A stretch of 64,000 bases of DNA from Candidatus Latescibacterota bacterium (lineage in GTDB: Bacteria > Latescibacterota > UBA2968): NCBI GenBank assembly GCA_965207885.1, contig OZ242311.1:5024001-5088000 (forward strand), read 5' to 3'. The notes beneath the pieces were generated by a model. The model was not told where the DNA came from, did no database searches, and saw only the letters and a program-made list of their open reading frames with translations. Below, piece after piece: positions 21,689 to 32,332 of this stretch (positions are counted from its first letter, which is position 1; each line of letters opens with the position of its first letter). Both the position numbers and the translations under genes were made by a program.

Positions 21689-22687
21689 ATGTCTTATCGC
21701 ATTGGAATTGTCGGTGCTGGCGGTATCTCGCGTGCTCATGGTCGGGCGGCTGCACAATCTGAACGCGCAGAAATCGTTGCAGTCTGCGATGTCTTGCCCG
21801 AAGCAGTTGAGAGATACCGCGGTGAATTTGACGTCCGAAAAGGTTATACCGATCTCGACCTGATGCTCGACAATGAAAACCTCGACATCGCCATCATCTG
21901 CACATGGGGCCGCTTTCACGCCAGCCTGAGCAATCAAATTGCAAAATCGCAAAAAGTTCGCGCCATCATCTGCGAAAAACCCATCACACAAACCGCTGCA
22001 GAATGCCGAGAAATGGTCGCCTGTGCCAAAGCCAACAATATACTCCTCGCCGAAGCCTTCAAATTTCGCCATCACCCCTTACATCTCAAAACCAAAGAAA
22101 TTCTCGACAGTGGAAAAATCGGAACCCTGGGCAACATTCGCAGCACCTTTTGCACGGGCGTTTCAGACGACCGCCGAAAACCCGAACTCAACTGGCGTTT
22201 CAACAAAGAAAAAGGCGGTGGCGCGGTCTATGATCTGGGTTGTTACAATACCCATCATGCCCGCTTCATTGCCAACGCCGACCCCATCCGCGTCTATGCC
22301 ACGGGAGAATTTGGTCGAGAAGTGGATGAAACGATTATCGCCATCTACGAATTTCCCAATCAGGTCACTGCCCAACTCACATTTAGCTTCAAAATGGCCT
22401 CCTCACAATATTTTGAAATCTCCGGCATCGATGGCATGTTGCGAACAGAACGCGCCTGGAACAACGAAAATCAGCCCACGACCCTTGAGGTCCACACCCG
22501 CGATGGCGTAGAAACCCATGAATTTGAACCCGTCTTTCAATTCCTGAACCAGCTCCATCATCTATGCGATTGCCTCGATACCGGGCAGCCGCACCGCATC
22601 CCGCCCGAAAACAGCATCGGCAATATGAAAACAATGGACGCCATTTACGAGTCCATCAGAACACAACAACCCGTGGACCTTTCTTGA
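21689..22687 (+). CDS. Gfo/Idh/MocA oxidoreductase
   Basis: IGIVGAGGIS, CEKP, GGGAVYDLGCY; start chosen from AGGAG RBS. Confidence 0.92.
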   Translation: MSYRIGIVGAGGISRAHGRAAAQSERAEIVAVCDVLPEAVERYRGEFDVRKGYTDLDLMLDNENLDIAIICTWGRFHASLSNQIAKSQKVRAIICEKPITQTAAECREMVACAKANNILLAEAFKFRHHPLHLKTKEILDSGKIGTLGNIRSTFCTGVSDDRRKPELNWRFNKEKGGGAVYDLGCYNTHHARFIANADPIRVYATGEFGREVDETIIAIYEFPNQVTAQLTFSFKMASSQYFEISGIDGMLRTERAWNNENQPTTLEVHTRDGVETHEFEPVFQFLNQLHHLCDCLDTGQPHRIPPENSIGNMKTMDAIYESIRTQQPVDLS

Positions 22688-22691
22688 AATC

Positions 22692-23393
22692 ATGAAACTG
22701 CACTATCTCCAGCATGTACCTTTTGAAGGCCTCGGCAGCATTGCATCCTGGGCAAAAGCGCGTCGCGCTCAGATTTCGCGCACACGCCTCTTTGCCGGCG
22801 AGGCATTGCCATCAGCCGATGAAATTGACCTATTGATCGTCCTGGGAGGCCCCATGGGTGTCTATGACGAACGCGACTATCCCTGGCTCATACGAGAGAA
22901 GGACTTTTTGAAACAGGCAATAGATACCGGTACACATATACTCGGCGTCTGTCTGGGCGCCCAACTCATAGCCGACGTACTCGGAGCCAGAGTCTATCCC
23001 AACGACCACAAAGAAATCGGCTGGTTTCCCATTGAAGGCGTGCAAACGCATGAAAAAATCGGGCTGTTACTCGCACAGGCTGGCAAAGTCTTTCACTGGC
23101 ATGGCGATACTTATGAACTCCCCACTGGCGCAACGCACCTTGCCAAAAGCCGTGCCTGTAAGCATCAGGCATTCTCGGTAGGCAATCAGATCCTCGCATT
23201 GCAATTCCACCTGGAAACAACGCCCAACGCAGCCCGGGCATTGGTCGATAACTGTGGGCACGAAATCGTCGAAGCGCCCTATATTCAGCCCCCTCGCGAA
23301 ATACTGACAGATCAACGCGAATTTGAACGCATCAATCGCCTCATGTCAGAATGTCTCGACCTGCTGATACCAAATAAAAAAAGCGACCATTAA
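22692..23393 (+). CDS. Type 1 glutamine amidotransferase-like protein
   Basis: LGGPMGV, GVCLGAQ, HWHGD, QFHLE. Confidence 0.92.
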   Translation: MKLHYLQHVPFEGLGSIASWAKARRAQISRTRLFAGEALPSADEIDLLIVLGGPMGVYDERDYPWLIREKDFLKQAIDTGTHILGVCLGAQLIADVLGARVYPNDHKEIGWFPIEGVQTHEKIGLLLAQAGKVFHWHGDTYELPTGATHLAKSRACKHQAFSVGNQILALQFHLETTPNAARALVDNCGHEIVEAPYIQPPREILTDQREFERINRLMSECLDLLIPNKKSDH

Positions 23394-23428
23394 GGCCGCT
23401 TTCTCCATAGATCAAATTGCAGGTTACC

Positions 23429-24631
23429 TCACTGAGATCCCGTCATCCTCGGCACAGTCCGAAACGCGATTTCCCTCGGATAAAAGAACCCCCGTAACCG
23501 CCCGAGAATCCGCCACTCATTCAAATCCACCACCGTAAGTCCCGGTCCTCCAGCCTGTAGCACAAGCGTTGCAACATAAGCCCGAGATCCATCGGGCGAA
23601 ACCCCGAGTATCGTCGAATCATTCCCCAATCGCAATGTGCGAACAATCAAATTGTGCTCCACATCAATTTCCAACAACACGCCCACTGCGCTTACGTACA
23701 ATAACTTTTTATCGGGCGAAAACTCTGCGCCAAACGAACCCTCCTGATCAATCTGAAGCGCACCCACCACCTGATTGGTATTGAGATCTAAAACAGAAAT
23801 CACACCGCGACTATAATTTGTTACATAAGCGCGCGCACCATCCTGCGTAATTGAAATCTCTAACGGAATATCACCGATAACTATCCTCGCTGTAACCGTC
23901 ATCGTTGTCAGATCCACAACGACCACATTTCGATCGGTTTGATTTGCCACATACAACGTTGTGCCATCGGGCGAGAGCGCGACATCAATTGGTCGATTGC
24001 CCACCAGGATAGAATCTATGGTAACGCCATTCACCACATCCACCACGCGAACCAAGTCCTGCACTTGATCGGCCACATAAGCCCGCGTCTGATCGGGACT
24101 CAGCACCGCTTTCCCCCGCGATTCAACAGGCACGCTAAACTCCACCTGATGGCGCGTGTCCATCTTGAAAAATCCAAACACCTCCGCCACATAAATCGAC
24201 TGCTGATCCGCAGACACTATAACTCCACCCGGACCGCGATAGGGCAGATAATCGATTATCAGATGTGAATCGGAATCCAGTGCCATCACCGAACTATCAT
24301 CTATGTCCGCCACATAAATAATATATCGATCTCCGCTCGGCTCAGCAGGTGTCTGCGATTCACCATAAGAAGCACTAAATGCCAAAAAATCGTTAAAATT
24401 CGTGACCCCGTCTTCATTCAAATCCGTGCGAGGATCATAACTCTCAACCTCAGGGTCCGCATTAAAATTATTGACAAAATGCAAAAAATCGGTAAACGTC
24501 ACCTTGCCATCGCCATCAAAATCCGATCCCATAGGGCCGTTAGCCACCCAAAACACGCGCGTTTCAGCCCGCAGTTCCTCTCCGTTCAGGGCCATAAGCA
24601 TACACAGCACAGCGCAAAAGCGTAAATTCAT
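23429..24631 (-). CDS. Secreted YncE/YVTN-type beta-propeller with N-terminal dockerin/EF-hand-like module
   Basis: Signal peptide, DFDGDGKVTFTDF..DLNEDGVTNFNDF, YVAN/YVTN repeats. Confidence 0.85.
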   Translation of the reverse strand: MNLRFCAVLCMLMALNGEELRAETRVFWVANGPMGSDFDGDGKVTFTDFLHFVNNFNADPEVESYDPRTDLNEDGVTNFNDFLAFSASYGESQTPAEPSGDRYIIYVADIDDSSVMALDSDSHLIIDYLPYRGPGGVIVSADQQSIYVAEVFGFFKMDTRHQVEFSVPVESRGKAVLSPDQTRAYVADQVQDLVRVVDVVNGVTIDSILVGNRPIDVALSPDGTTLYVANQTDRNVVVVDLTTMTVTARIVIGDIPLEISITQDGARAYVTNYSRGVISVLDLNTNQVVGALQIDQEGSFGAEFSPDKKLLYVSAVGVLLEIDVEHNLIVRTLRLGNDSTILGVSPDGSRAYVATLVLQAGGPGLTVVDLNEWRILGRLRGFFYPREIAFRTVPRMTGSQ

Positions 24632-24694
24632 CGGGATAAGTCCTTTCTCAATTGTCGGTAGCCAGTCCGCTCAACGCCACATCCCAAAAGCATA

Positions 24695-25204
24695 TCACTC
24701 CCTATCTCGTTGCCTCTCAAAAACGGACAACAACTCATAAAGCATAACCCCTGCAGCTACAGACACATTTAGAGACACTTTTGTTCCCAACATTGGAATA
24801 TGTACAACGCCGTCGCACAAACACAGTGTCTCGGGACGCACGCCCGTCACCTCATGCCCCAAAATCACAGCCACCGGCCAGCGATAGCAAAAGGTTCGAA
24901 AATCGACACTATCTGGCGTTTGCTCTAATGCAACCACCTGAACACCTTGTGAGCGCAAATCGCCAATTACCTCTTCCGTATCCCGTTCATAATGCCAGGG
25001 CACGGCCTCTTCTGCGCCCAACGCCACGCGACTGATTTCCTTGCGCGGGGGACATCCCGTAAACCCCGTCAAATAAATCCCCGATGCATTAATCCCATCT
25101 GCCGAGCGAAAAATCGCGCCCACATTAAACAGTGAACGAACATTTTCCACAACGGCATAAATGGGATAGCCATCGGGTTTGGAAAGCAAATTCATCAGAT
25201 ACAA
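24695..25204 (-). CDS. TrmH/SpoU RNA methyltransferase
   Basis: NVGAIFRSAD, GHEVTG, IPMLG..SLNVSVA. Confidence 0.92.
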   Translation of the reverse strand: MYLMNLLSKPDGYPIYAVVENVRSLFNVGAIFRSADGINASGIYLTGFTGCPPRKEISRVALGAEEAVPWHYERDTEEVIGDLRSQGVQVVALEQTPDSVDFRTFCYRWPVAVILGHEVTGVRPETLCLCDGVVHIPMLGTKVSLNVSVAAGVMLYELLSVFERQRDRE

Positions 25205-25302
25205 AAACGCAAGAAGTAAAAACGCTCTCGCGTCTTACTTCTCGCGTCTCACCTCTCTATTCGGGTCGTTCAATCCAGAAACACACCCATCCTGAAATTC
25301 TT

Positions 25303-25521
25303 CTAATCTATATATCCCGCTTCAGCAGGTGATTCCTGAGATTTTGCGGAACCATTAAAGCGGGTGCGCACCCGTTGAACGGCCTCTCCCAGGCGCGAGC
25401 GCGTATTTCGCCCCGCTTCCGTTCCCAAAAACAATCCCAGAATAGCAAGGCCACCAAGAGCAAGGCCTACAACGAGTCCTACCCAGAAAAATTCGCGATG
25501 CACTTCTTGTCGTCGCCACAT
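25303..25521 (-). CDS. YtxH-like small membrane protein
   Basis: FFWVGLVVGLALGG...G..TRSRL pattern. Confidence 0.6.
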   Translation of the reverse strand: MWRRQEVHREFFWVGLVVGLALGGLAILGLFLGTEAGRNTRSRLGEAVQRVRTRFNGSAKSQESPAEAGYID

Positions 25522-25690
25522 AACACACTCCTTGGAAATATCTCCCGATTGTTTAACCTACAAACTTAAAATGCCCGTCTAATTTCAACCATACACGACG
25601 CGAAGTCAAGCGGAAATAGGCATTCAGGAGCAGACGAACCGACCGAAACAATTTATAGCGCAAAAAAAAATTATCCCTATTTTAAGGGAC

Positions 25691-26911
25691 ATGCCCAACA
25701 AATGGATGCAAAAACTCGACCGTGCCATTGACGCTCAACGCAAAAAAATTGTACGCGTCCGCCGCGATCTGCACATGTATCCCGAACCCAGCGGTCGCGA
25801 AGTGGAAACCACGCGCTATCTCGTCAAATTATTACAACAGACCGGATGCCATATACAGATGGGTCCCAGAGGCTGTGGCGTTATAGCCGACAACACATTG
25901 GAAAAAACGCGTATAGGCATGCGAGCCGATATCGACGCACTTCGCATACAAGATGCCAAAAACGTGCCCTACCGCAGCCGCGTACCAGGCGTGATGCACG
26001 CCTGCGGACACGATGGTCATACAGCCACCGTGCTCGGTGCTGTTCTGGGCCTTCTGGAATGCGACCGGGTATTGCCGTGGCCCGTACACTGGCGCGCCAT
26101 CTTTCAACCTGCTGAAGAAACCAATCGCGGCGCCAAAGACATGATCGCCTTTGGTGCCCTCAAAAACGTCTGTGGCCTGCTCAGTCTTCACCTCGATCCC
26201 TCGCGTCCAACAGGTACCGTGGGCACACGCAAGGGCGTGCTCACAGCCAATTGTGCCGAAATAGAAATTTGTATCCAGGGCCGAGGCGGACATGCCGCTC
26301 GCCCCCGGGAAACACGAGACCCCATCGTCGCTGCTGCTCAGATTATCACTGCGCTCTATCAATCATTGCCTCGCAATGTAGATACCTACGACCCGATTGT
26401 CATATCAATTGGGCATATCTCTGCGGGCGAAAATCCCAACGTCATACCCGGTCAGGCTCTGCTTCGCGGCACCCTTCGCACTCTCAGTGGCAGTTCTCAA
26501 GCCCATGCCATGGACCACATCCTCAAGATTGCCAATGGCATAGCCAATCTCACCGACACGGAAATCGATGTTCGCTTTCTCACCGGTCCCTCATCGGTCA
26601 ACAACGACCCCACACTCACCAAACTGATCCGCCAAAATGCCATCGATCTATTGGGCCAGACACACGTTCAAACCATCGCCAGACCGAGCATGGGGGGCGA
26701 AGACTTTGCCAATTATCTCGACCATGTGCCCGGCAGCCTGTTTCGCCTGGGATGCATGCCCGCCCGGGGGAGTGCCCCGCCCCTGCATGCACCCGACTTC
26801 GACATCGATGAACGCGCCCTCGTTATAGGTGCCAAAATACTCGCGCGCAGCGTCGTCAACTACTTCGATCCATCGCGAAAAAAGAATGGAGCTTGCCATG
26901 ACCCGACTTGA
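25691..26911 (+). CDS. M20 amidohydrolase
   Basis: RADIDAL, HACGHDGH, QPAEE, GGEDF, LHAPDF. Confidence 0.93.
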   Translation: MPNKWMQKLDRAIDAQRKKIVRVRRDLHMYPEPSGREVETTRYLVKLLQQTGCHIQMGPRGCGVIADNTLEKTRIGMRADIDALRIQDAKNVPYRSRVPGVMHACGHDGHTATVLGAVLGLLECDRVLPWPVHWRAIFQPAEETNRGAKDMIAFGALKNVCGLLSLHLDPSRPTGTVGTRKGVLTANCAEIEICIQGRGGHAARPRETRDPIVAAAQIITALYQSLPRNVDTYDPIVISIGHISAGENPNVIPGQALLRGTLRTLSGSSQAHAMDHILKIANGIANLTDTEIDVRFLTGPSSVNNDPTLTKLIRQNAIDLLGQTHVQTIARPSMGGEDFANYLDHVPGSLFRLGCMPARGSAPPLHAPDFDIDERALVIGAKILARSVVNYFDPSRKKNGACHDPT

Positions 26912-28013
26912 ATTTAATCCCAGTAATCAACCCACCCTCGGCGTGGAAATAGAACTGGCTCTGGTCGATGCCAACACCATGGCTTTGTGCAGCAAAAATG
27001 CCGCGATTCTCAATCGCATTCCCGACGAATATGCCGACAAAATCAAGCCCGAATTGATGCAGTGTTATGTCGAAATCAACACCGATATATGTGAAAGTGT
27101 CAGCCATGTAGAAGCCGACCTCAAGCCCAAACTCCAGACGCTATCCAGCGTGGCGGCCGCCGAGAATGTCCAACTCTACTGGTCGGGCACACACCCATTT
27201 TCCACCTGGCGCGAACAAAAAATCACCCCCAATGACCGATACATGGGCCTCGTCAACCTTCTCCAGGACACCGCCCGACAACTGGTCACATTTGGCCTCC
27301 ACGTACACGTGGGCGTCAACAGCGGCGACAAAGCCATAATGATCTGCGACCGAATACTGCGCTATTTGCCCGTCTTGCTGGCGCTTTCGTGCAACAGTCC
27401 ATTCTGGGAAGGTAGGGTCACGGGCTTGCACTCCTGGCGATCAAAAGTAATGGAGGGCCTCCCCACCGCTGGGCTGCCCCCCTTAATGCGCAACTGGAGT
27501 GAATACGTCTGGCTGATCAACCACCTCATCGACACCGGCTATATCGAATCCATCCGCGAAATCTGGTGGGACGTGCGTCCCCACCACGCATTTGGCACCG
27601 TTGAAGTCCGCATTTGCGACATTCCCGGCACCCTCGAAGACACATTGGGATTGGTCGCACTCGTACAGTGTTTAATTTGCAACCTGTCCGACGAAATCGA
27701 CCGGGGAATCTATCAACACGACAGCCACCCCATGCTCATCCGTCAAAACAAATGGCACGCCTCGCGGTACGGCATCGATGCACAACTGGTCGATTCCACC
27801 TCTCACAACCTAAAATCCGTCCCACAAATAACCGAAGAACTCGTCGAAAAACTGCTCTCCATGGCCGAACAGCTCAATTGCGTACCCTATCTCAAACACG
27901 TCCTCGACATGGCTCACCAACCCACCTGGGCGCAACGGCAAATGGATCTCCTCGCCCTCACTGGCGACCCCACCGAAGTCGTCCGCCGCCTGATTAACGA
28001 ACCATCTTCTTGA
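26898..28013 (+). CDS. YbdK-family carboxylate-amine (glutamate-cysteine) ligase
   Basis: TLGVEIE, FGLHVHVG, SPFWEG, WWDVRP, VEVRICD. Confidence 0.92.
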   Translation: MTRLEFNPSNQPTLGVEIELALVDANTMALCSKNAAILNRIPDEYADKIKPELMQCYVEINTDICESVSHVEADLKPKLQTLSSVAAAENVQLYWSGTHPFSTWREQKITPNDRYMGLVNLLQDTARQLVTFGLHVHVGVNSGDKAIMICDRILRYLPVLLALSCNSPFWEGRVTGLHSWRSKVMEGLPTAGLPPLMRNWSEYVWLINHLIDTGYIESIREIWWDVRPHHAFGTVEVRICDIPGTLEDTLGLVALVQCLICNLSDEIDRGIYQHDSHPMLIRQNKWHASRYGIDAQLVDSTSHNLKSVPQITEELVEKLLSMAEQLNCVPYLKHVLDMAHQPTWAQRQMDLLALTGDPTEVVRRLINEPSS

Positions 28014-28416
28014 CCGAATTGCCAACAGACTGCAGAAACTTCACAACTTCTGCGGCTTCCTTGCCTCCCTTTTTAGCATGGATCATCAGCGCAATCCCGT
28101 GTGGTCCCTTTTCATTTACAACCGCTGGATTGTCGTTCACCACCGCCTGTACGATTTCGAGCTTGCCCAGCATGGCCGCCGCAAACAAATCGATACGCGC
28201 ACCCTTGTTCAGCAAAAACTCGGCAATGTCCTTGCGACCCATATGTGCTGCTGCGCCCAGTCCTGTTTCCCAGTCGCCGCCTCCCCAATCCCAGGAAGAA
28301 TTGACGAGTGCCGGTTCTTTCTCAAGCAGCTTTTTTACACTGTCGAAGTCGCCGTGGGCATCTTGGACAAATTGATTGACGAGTTTCGGATCAATAGCAG
28401 AATTATTTTGTGACAT
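27994..28416 (-). CDS. Small ankyrin-like repeat protein
   Basis: AHGDFDSVKKLL, GDWETGLGAAAHMG, GPHGIAL. Confidence 0.8.
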   Translation of the reverse strand: MSQNNSAIDPKLVNQFVQDAHGDFDSVKKLLEKEPALVNSSWDWGGGDWETGLGAAAHMGRKDIAEFLLNKGARIDLFAAAMLGKLEIVQAVVNDNPAVVNEKGPHGIALMIHAKKGGKEAAEVVKFLQSVGNSVKKMVR

Positions 28417-28547
28417 GTTTTCCTTCCTCTCTTGTCGCAGTGCAGTAAAATATTTTGACGATCTGAAAATTCAACAAATTGTAATAACATTTAACTGAGG
28501 ATGCAACGAGAATGAAGAAGAATTTCAGAGGGAGTTGATTCCTCCTT

Positions 28548-29573
28548 TCATTTTTTTACTAATATCTCAATCGCTGTTTCAAAAATGCGATCCGTCCCAC
28601 TTTCCAAAAGCGCGTCCGGCGTCGAAACCCAAACATCGGGTGCAAGGCCAACACCTTCAAAAGGTTCAAAGTTGGAGGTAAACTCTAACCATCTCGGAAC
28701 GCGAGAAGTCCACCCATTGGGCAGTTCACGATACACGGGATTGCCAGAACCCCCTCCCGTTGTATCGCCAACAACCGTGACATGGGGCAAAGTACGCATC
28801 ATAAGCACAAAGGATTCTGCCGCGCTAAAAACGCGACGATTGGTGAGTAAGGCGATTGGTCTGGTAAATGTGATATTGCCTTTGGGTTCAAGATAATCTG
28901 CCTGAAAAGACGTAAAATCGCTGTGATCAGGTCCATTGCGCCATTGGACATGTCGATACAATCGCCTTTCATTTGTAAATCTGCCAGCAATATCCTTTGC
29001 ATTGCGATCATTGCCTCCATCATTGTTGCGGACATCGACAATGAGTCCTTGTATATTGCCCATTTCTCTCAGTGCGATTTCGATGTCGCGTCCCCAATTG
29101 CCACCACTAAAATCGAGAAAACTGCCGATATGCACATATCCAATTTGCTCATCCACCAAGCGATATTGTATCGGACTGTCCGCGACATTTATAGTGAGGT
29201 TCAAATAGTTAATGGCTAAAATCTCGCGGTCATAATTGCGCGGATATTGATCCCACCAGGCAGTGTATGAATAATTTCCCAAAGGCGTGTAAAGATTTAC
29301 ATGCCCATCTCGGAATATTGCGAGCATATTGCTCATAATGAGAAAAAGCTCCTCATCCGTTGTCTGCAATGTGACCTGTGGGCGATAGATGGCATAAACC
29401 GAATCCCAGTCAACGCCTTTGAGTTCAAATGCGGCATAGAGGCGGTCGTATTCTTGCCAGAGGTATTCAAAATTGCTTTCGGGTGTGTTTTCTGGAACAG
29501 AATTGGTAATAGTTCGACTACACCCCATGCACAAGAGAATCAAAATGAGACATATTGACAGACAAGTCTTCAC
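28548..29573 (-). CDS. S41 family serine peptidase, probable lipoprotein
   Basis: Lipobox-like MGC, DVRNNDGG, FSAAESF, VGDTTGGG, EGVGLAPD. Confidence 0.9.
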   Translation of the reverse strand: MKTCLSICLILILLCMGCSRTITNSVPENTPESNFEYLWQEYDRLYAAFELKGVDWDSVYAIYRPQVTLQTTDEELFLIMSNMLAIFRDGHVNLYTPLGNYSYTAWWDQYPRNYDREILAINYLNLTINVADSPIQYRLVDEQIGYVHIGSFLDFSGGNWGRDIEIALREMGNIQGLIVDVRNNDGGNDRNAKDIAGRFTNERRLYRHVQWRNGPDHSDFTSFQADYLEPKGNITFTRPIALLTNRRVFSAAESFVLMMRTLPHVTVVGDTTGGGSGNPVYRELPNGWTSRVPRWLEFTSNFEPFEGVGLAPDVWVSTPDALLESGTDRIFETAIEILVKK

Positions 29574-29575
29574 CT

Positions 29576-30328
29576 CTAAAACCTCCAATTGATCAACGCA
29601 CTCATTTGATCAATGCCGATTTGCACGCTACGCGGTTCGGTATAGCGATAGAGTTGCCCCCAATATTGTATCTGAAAAGACCATCTATTAGAAAGATTAT
29701 GCGTCCAGACGAGATTGTGTTCCACGCTTAAAAATTGATGCAGACTTGTTGTATCGAAGTCTCCGTTTCCACCCATGCCATGGGCATGACGCCATAAGAA
29801 TGCGAGCGCGGGTACAGACAGGCTATAAGATAAAGATGATTGAGATGTCCATTCAAATTGCAATGCGATTGAAGGTTGCACCGAACCTATGAGTTCACCA
29901 AAATATTCACGGCGAGATTGTGAGTAAAATTGTCTGCGAACATGAATAAATGCCTGTTGAACAACCCCCCAAAGCAACCGAATGCGCCCGGGCGATTCAG
30001 ACCTGAAGGATCGGTGATATGCATATCTCACTTGAATGCGCGTTAATTCAACCCTGTGATTGCGCCCTCGGGTAATAGACGATGTGAGCAGCCCAGCATC
30101 CCAAATAAAGGATATATGATGACTGCGTTTGGCATTTTGAGCGCGATATTTGATGAGCCACCCTCGACCATCTCCATTGTACGTAAATGGCGAAGCCAGA
30201 TTGTCCTTGCTACGCATCGCGAACAAACCGAGACCAATACCGAATTGCCGCATATTTTTTGTCTCAGCCTTCACAGATTGCGCGATCAACACACAACCGA
30301 CCAAGACCAAACCAATATATTTCACCAT
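29576..30328 (-). CDS. Outer-membrane beta-barrel protein
   Basis: Signal peptide, amphipathic beta strands, C-terminal WRF. Confidence 0.7.
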   Translation of the reverse strand: MVKYIGLVLVGCVLIAQSVKAETKNMRQFGIGLGLFAMRSKDNLASPFTYNGDGRGWLIKYRAQNAKRSHHISFIWDAGLLTSSITRGRNHRVELTRIQVRYAYHRSFRSESPGRIRLLWGVVQQAFIHVRRQFYSQSRREYFGELIGSVQPSIALQFEWTSQSSLSYSLSVPALAFLWRHAHGMGGNGDFDTTSLHQFLSVEHNLVWTHNLSNRWSFQIQYWGQLYRYTEPRSVQIGIDQMSALINWRF

Positions 30329-30366
30329 AAAATTAGATCTCGTGTGTATTGCAAAAGGAGTGAGTT

Positions 30367-30430
30367 CTGGATCGCGGCTAAAGCATGTCCCTGCAATGGT
30401 GTTGAGCAGGGACCCAGGCTGCGATGACGG
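30367..30430. repeat. REP-like nested palindrome
   Basis: ATCGCGGC..GTCCCTGC..GCAGGGAC..GCTGCGAT-GACGG. Confidence 0.5.
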
Positions 30431-30486
30431 CTTTGTTGGTAGGAATGAGTTAAAGCAAAAAACTTATTCGAAAAACCTCTCACCTT

Positions 30487-32286
30487 TCATCTGCGAATAC
30501 TCTTGACCGCTCCCACATCTTTCCCCCATAAAAGACTCAAACTAAAGCTCAATTCCAGACCGCTGAAATTTTTGCGACCTCTTATTGGCTCCGCAAAATT
30601 TGCAATCAGATGATAGCCCGCGCTTGCGCCGAGCATCAAATACCTTCCGATGGCAAAATCAACACCACCACCGATATAAGCTCCCAAACTGGCTTGAATA
30701 CGACCTTCTTGAACGATCCTCGATGTAGTCAAGTCGAGATTTAGCTTTTCAAGATCAGCCTGAACGTTGACAGTTCGCCCCTCATCGTCTTCTTGCACCT
30801 TAACGCTAACGCCTTCCGCCTCAATATCGACGTTTGGTACATCTCGTCCTATACCAACTTTTTGAGAGGTGTCTGATAAAAAATAGGATCCCGCACTTGC
30901 GACAACATAAGGGCGAAAAGGGGATGGTGCCAGAGGCCAGTAGTACCTTACACCAAAAAGCAGAGGCATAACAACGACGGCATCCTCTGATATGCCTATA
31001 ACACCCACATTTTGCTCGATCTCTGCAATCAACCCAGCCCATCGAACCATCAAAGCCAGATTTTCTTTGAGCTGATAGATATAAGCGACAGCCCCCATCA
31101 CATTCTCTGCACTCTGCTGTACCAATCCGCTCCCTACACTTTGCCGCGCCAATCCGCCTGTGCTGGTAGTAGATCTTCCAACTGGATTCCAATATCCGCC
31201 GCGCAATTCGATCCGAGAGCGCTTTACGCTATATTTAATCCCGCCCCGAGTTGTGGTACGTTCTCGCGCAACAATTTCAAAATCATCTTCGTCAAGTATC
31301 TCGCGCTGTCCCATCGCCAATTCGACCGAAGCTGTAGCCGATTGAATCTCACGGGCCATGTGAACGCGATACGTGCCGGGTTCCAAACCCAACTCAACGC
31401 GCCGTCCAGCGGGCTTGAACAACTCTGCGATCAACTGTCGATTGGCATTTCGAATAAAAAATCGCCCCTGAAGCGACTCCGCCAAAACCAGTCCCGCCGA
31501 CGTTTGTCGCACATCCGTCATCACCACATCGCCCGTACCCGTCATCTTGATATCATAAGCTGGATGCTGTGCCCCTCCTCGTGTGCGTTCCGTGCCCTCC
31601 AATGTATTTTGAAACGCGAAGTGATAGGCTTCATTCAACGTGACGCGCCCATCTCCGGTCACATCTGCTGCACCGCGCAATCCCGACACCAGATAATGCG
31701 AAAAAAATGACGCCCCAATCGCATCCGACTCCTGCGCCGCTTCATCTTCCGAACTCGACGTCAAAAACGCATACCCCCGCATATCCGACGACGCATCCAC
31801 CATAAACGCTTTCTGGCGTCTCCCGCCCTTCAATCGCGTAATCGCACCAGAAGCACAGGCATCCAAAATAGCAATATGCACTTCGGCTTCCATCCTATCC
31901 ATTGCATTGCGTAGGCGTGCGTAGGAAAAAAGCGATTCACCCAGGCGAAGGCCATTTTCATCGGCGTGGCCCGAATAATAGATAATCACCTCTCTCCGCG
32001 CTGCTTCAGCAGACGCAACCCGATTGTGCAATACGTACAAAGCCTCTTCAAGATGGTCAATGTGCGGATCGGATAACAAAACACCGGCATCAACCCCACC
32101 CATTGTTTCCATGACCTGCACAAAATTTTGAGCATCAGAGACAGCATATTGCAGGGTCTCGCGCTTTGCCCCGCCATCATTGGCACCCACAGCCAGCACC
32201 CACCGCCGCACGCCATCTACCGCATACAGATCTTGAACAATCAGAACACAGAGTACCATCATAAGAGCCAAAACGCGACCAAACAT
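30487..32286 (-). CDS. Secreted caspase-like (C14) peptidase fused to a C-terminal beta-barrel
   Basis: Signal peptide, YYSGHAD (His), LDACASG (Cys), OmpW/OmpA-like strands RPYVVASAG..GGGVDF. Confidence 0.88.
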   Translation of the reverse strand: MFGRVLALMMVLCVLIVQDLYAVDGVRRWVLAVGANDGGAKRETLQYAVSDAQNFVQVMETMGGVDAGVLLSDPHIDHLEEALYVLHNRVASAEAARREVIIYYSGHADENGLRLGESLFSYARLRNAMDRMEAEVHIAILDACASGAITRLKGGRRQKAFMVDASSDMRGYAFLTSSSEDEAAQESDAIGASFFSHYLVSGLRGAADVTGDGRVTLNEAYHFAFQNTLEGTERTRGGAQHPAYDIKMTGTGDVVMTDVRQTSAGLVLAESLQGRFFIRNANRQLIAELFKPAGRRVELGLEPGTYRVHMAREIQSATASVELAMGQREILDEDDFEIVARERTTTRGGIKYSVKRSRIELRGGYWNPVGRSTTSTGGLARQSVGSGLVQQSAENVMGAVAYIYQLKENLALMVRWAGLIAEIEQNVGVIGISEDAVVVMPLLFGVRYYWPLAPSPFRPYVVASAGSYFLSDTSQKVGIGRDVPNVDIEAEGVSVKVQEDDEGRTVNVQADLEKLNLDLTTSRIVQEGRIQASLGAYIGGGVDFAIGRYLMLGASAGYHLIANFAEPIRGRKNFSGLELSFSLSLLWGKDVGAVKSIRR

Positions 32287-32332
32287 TGCAATTCTTCCTC
32301 CTTTGGACCTCTCTCCTCATCCGTGATATAAT

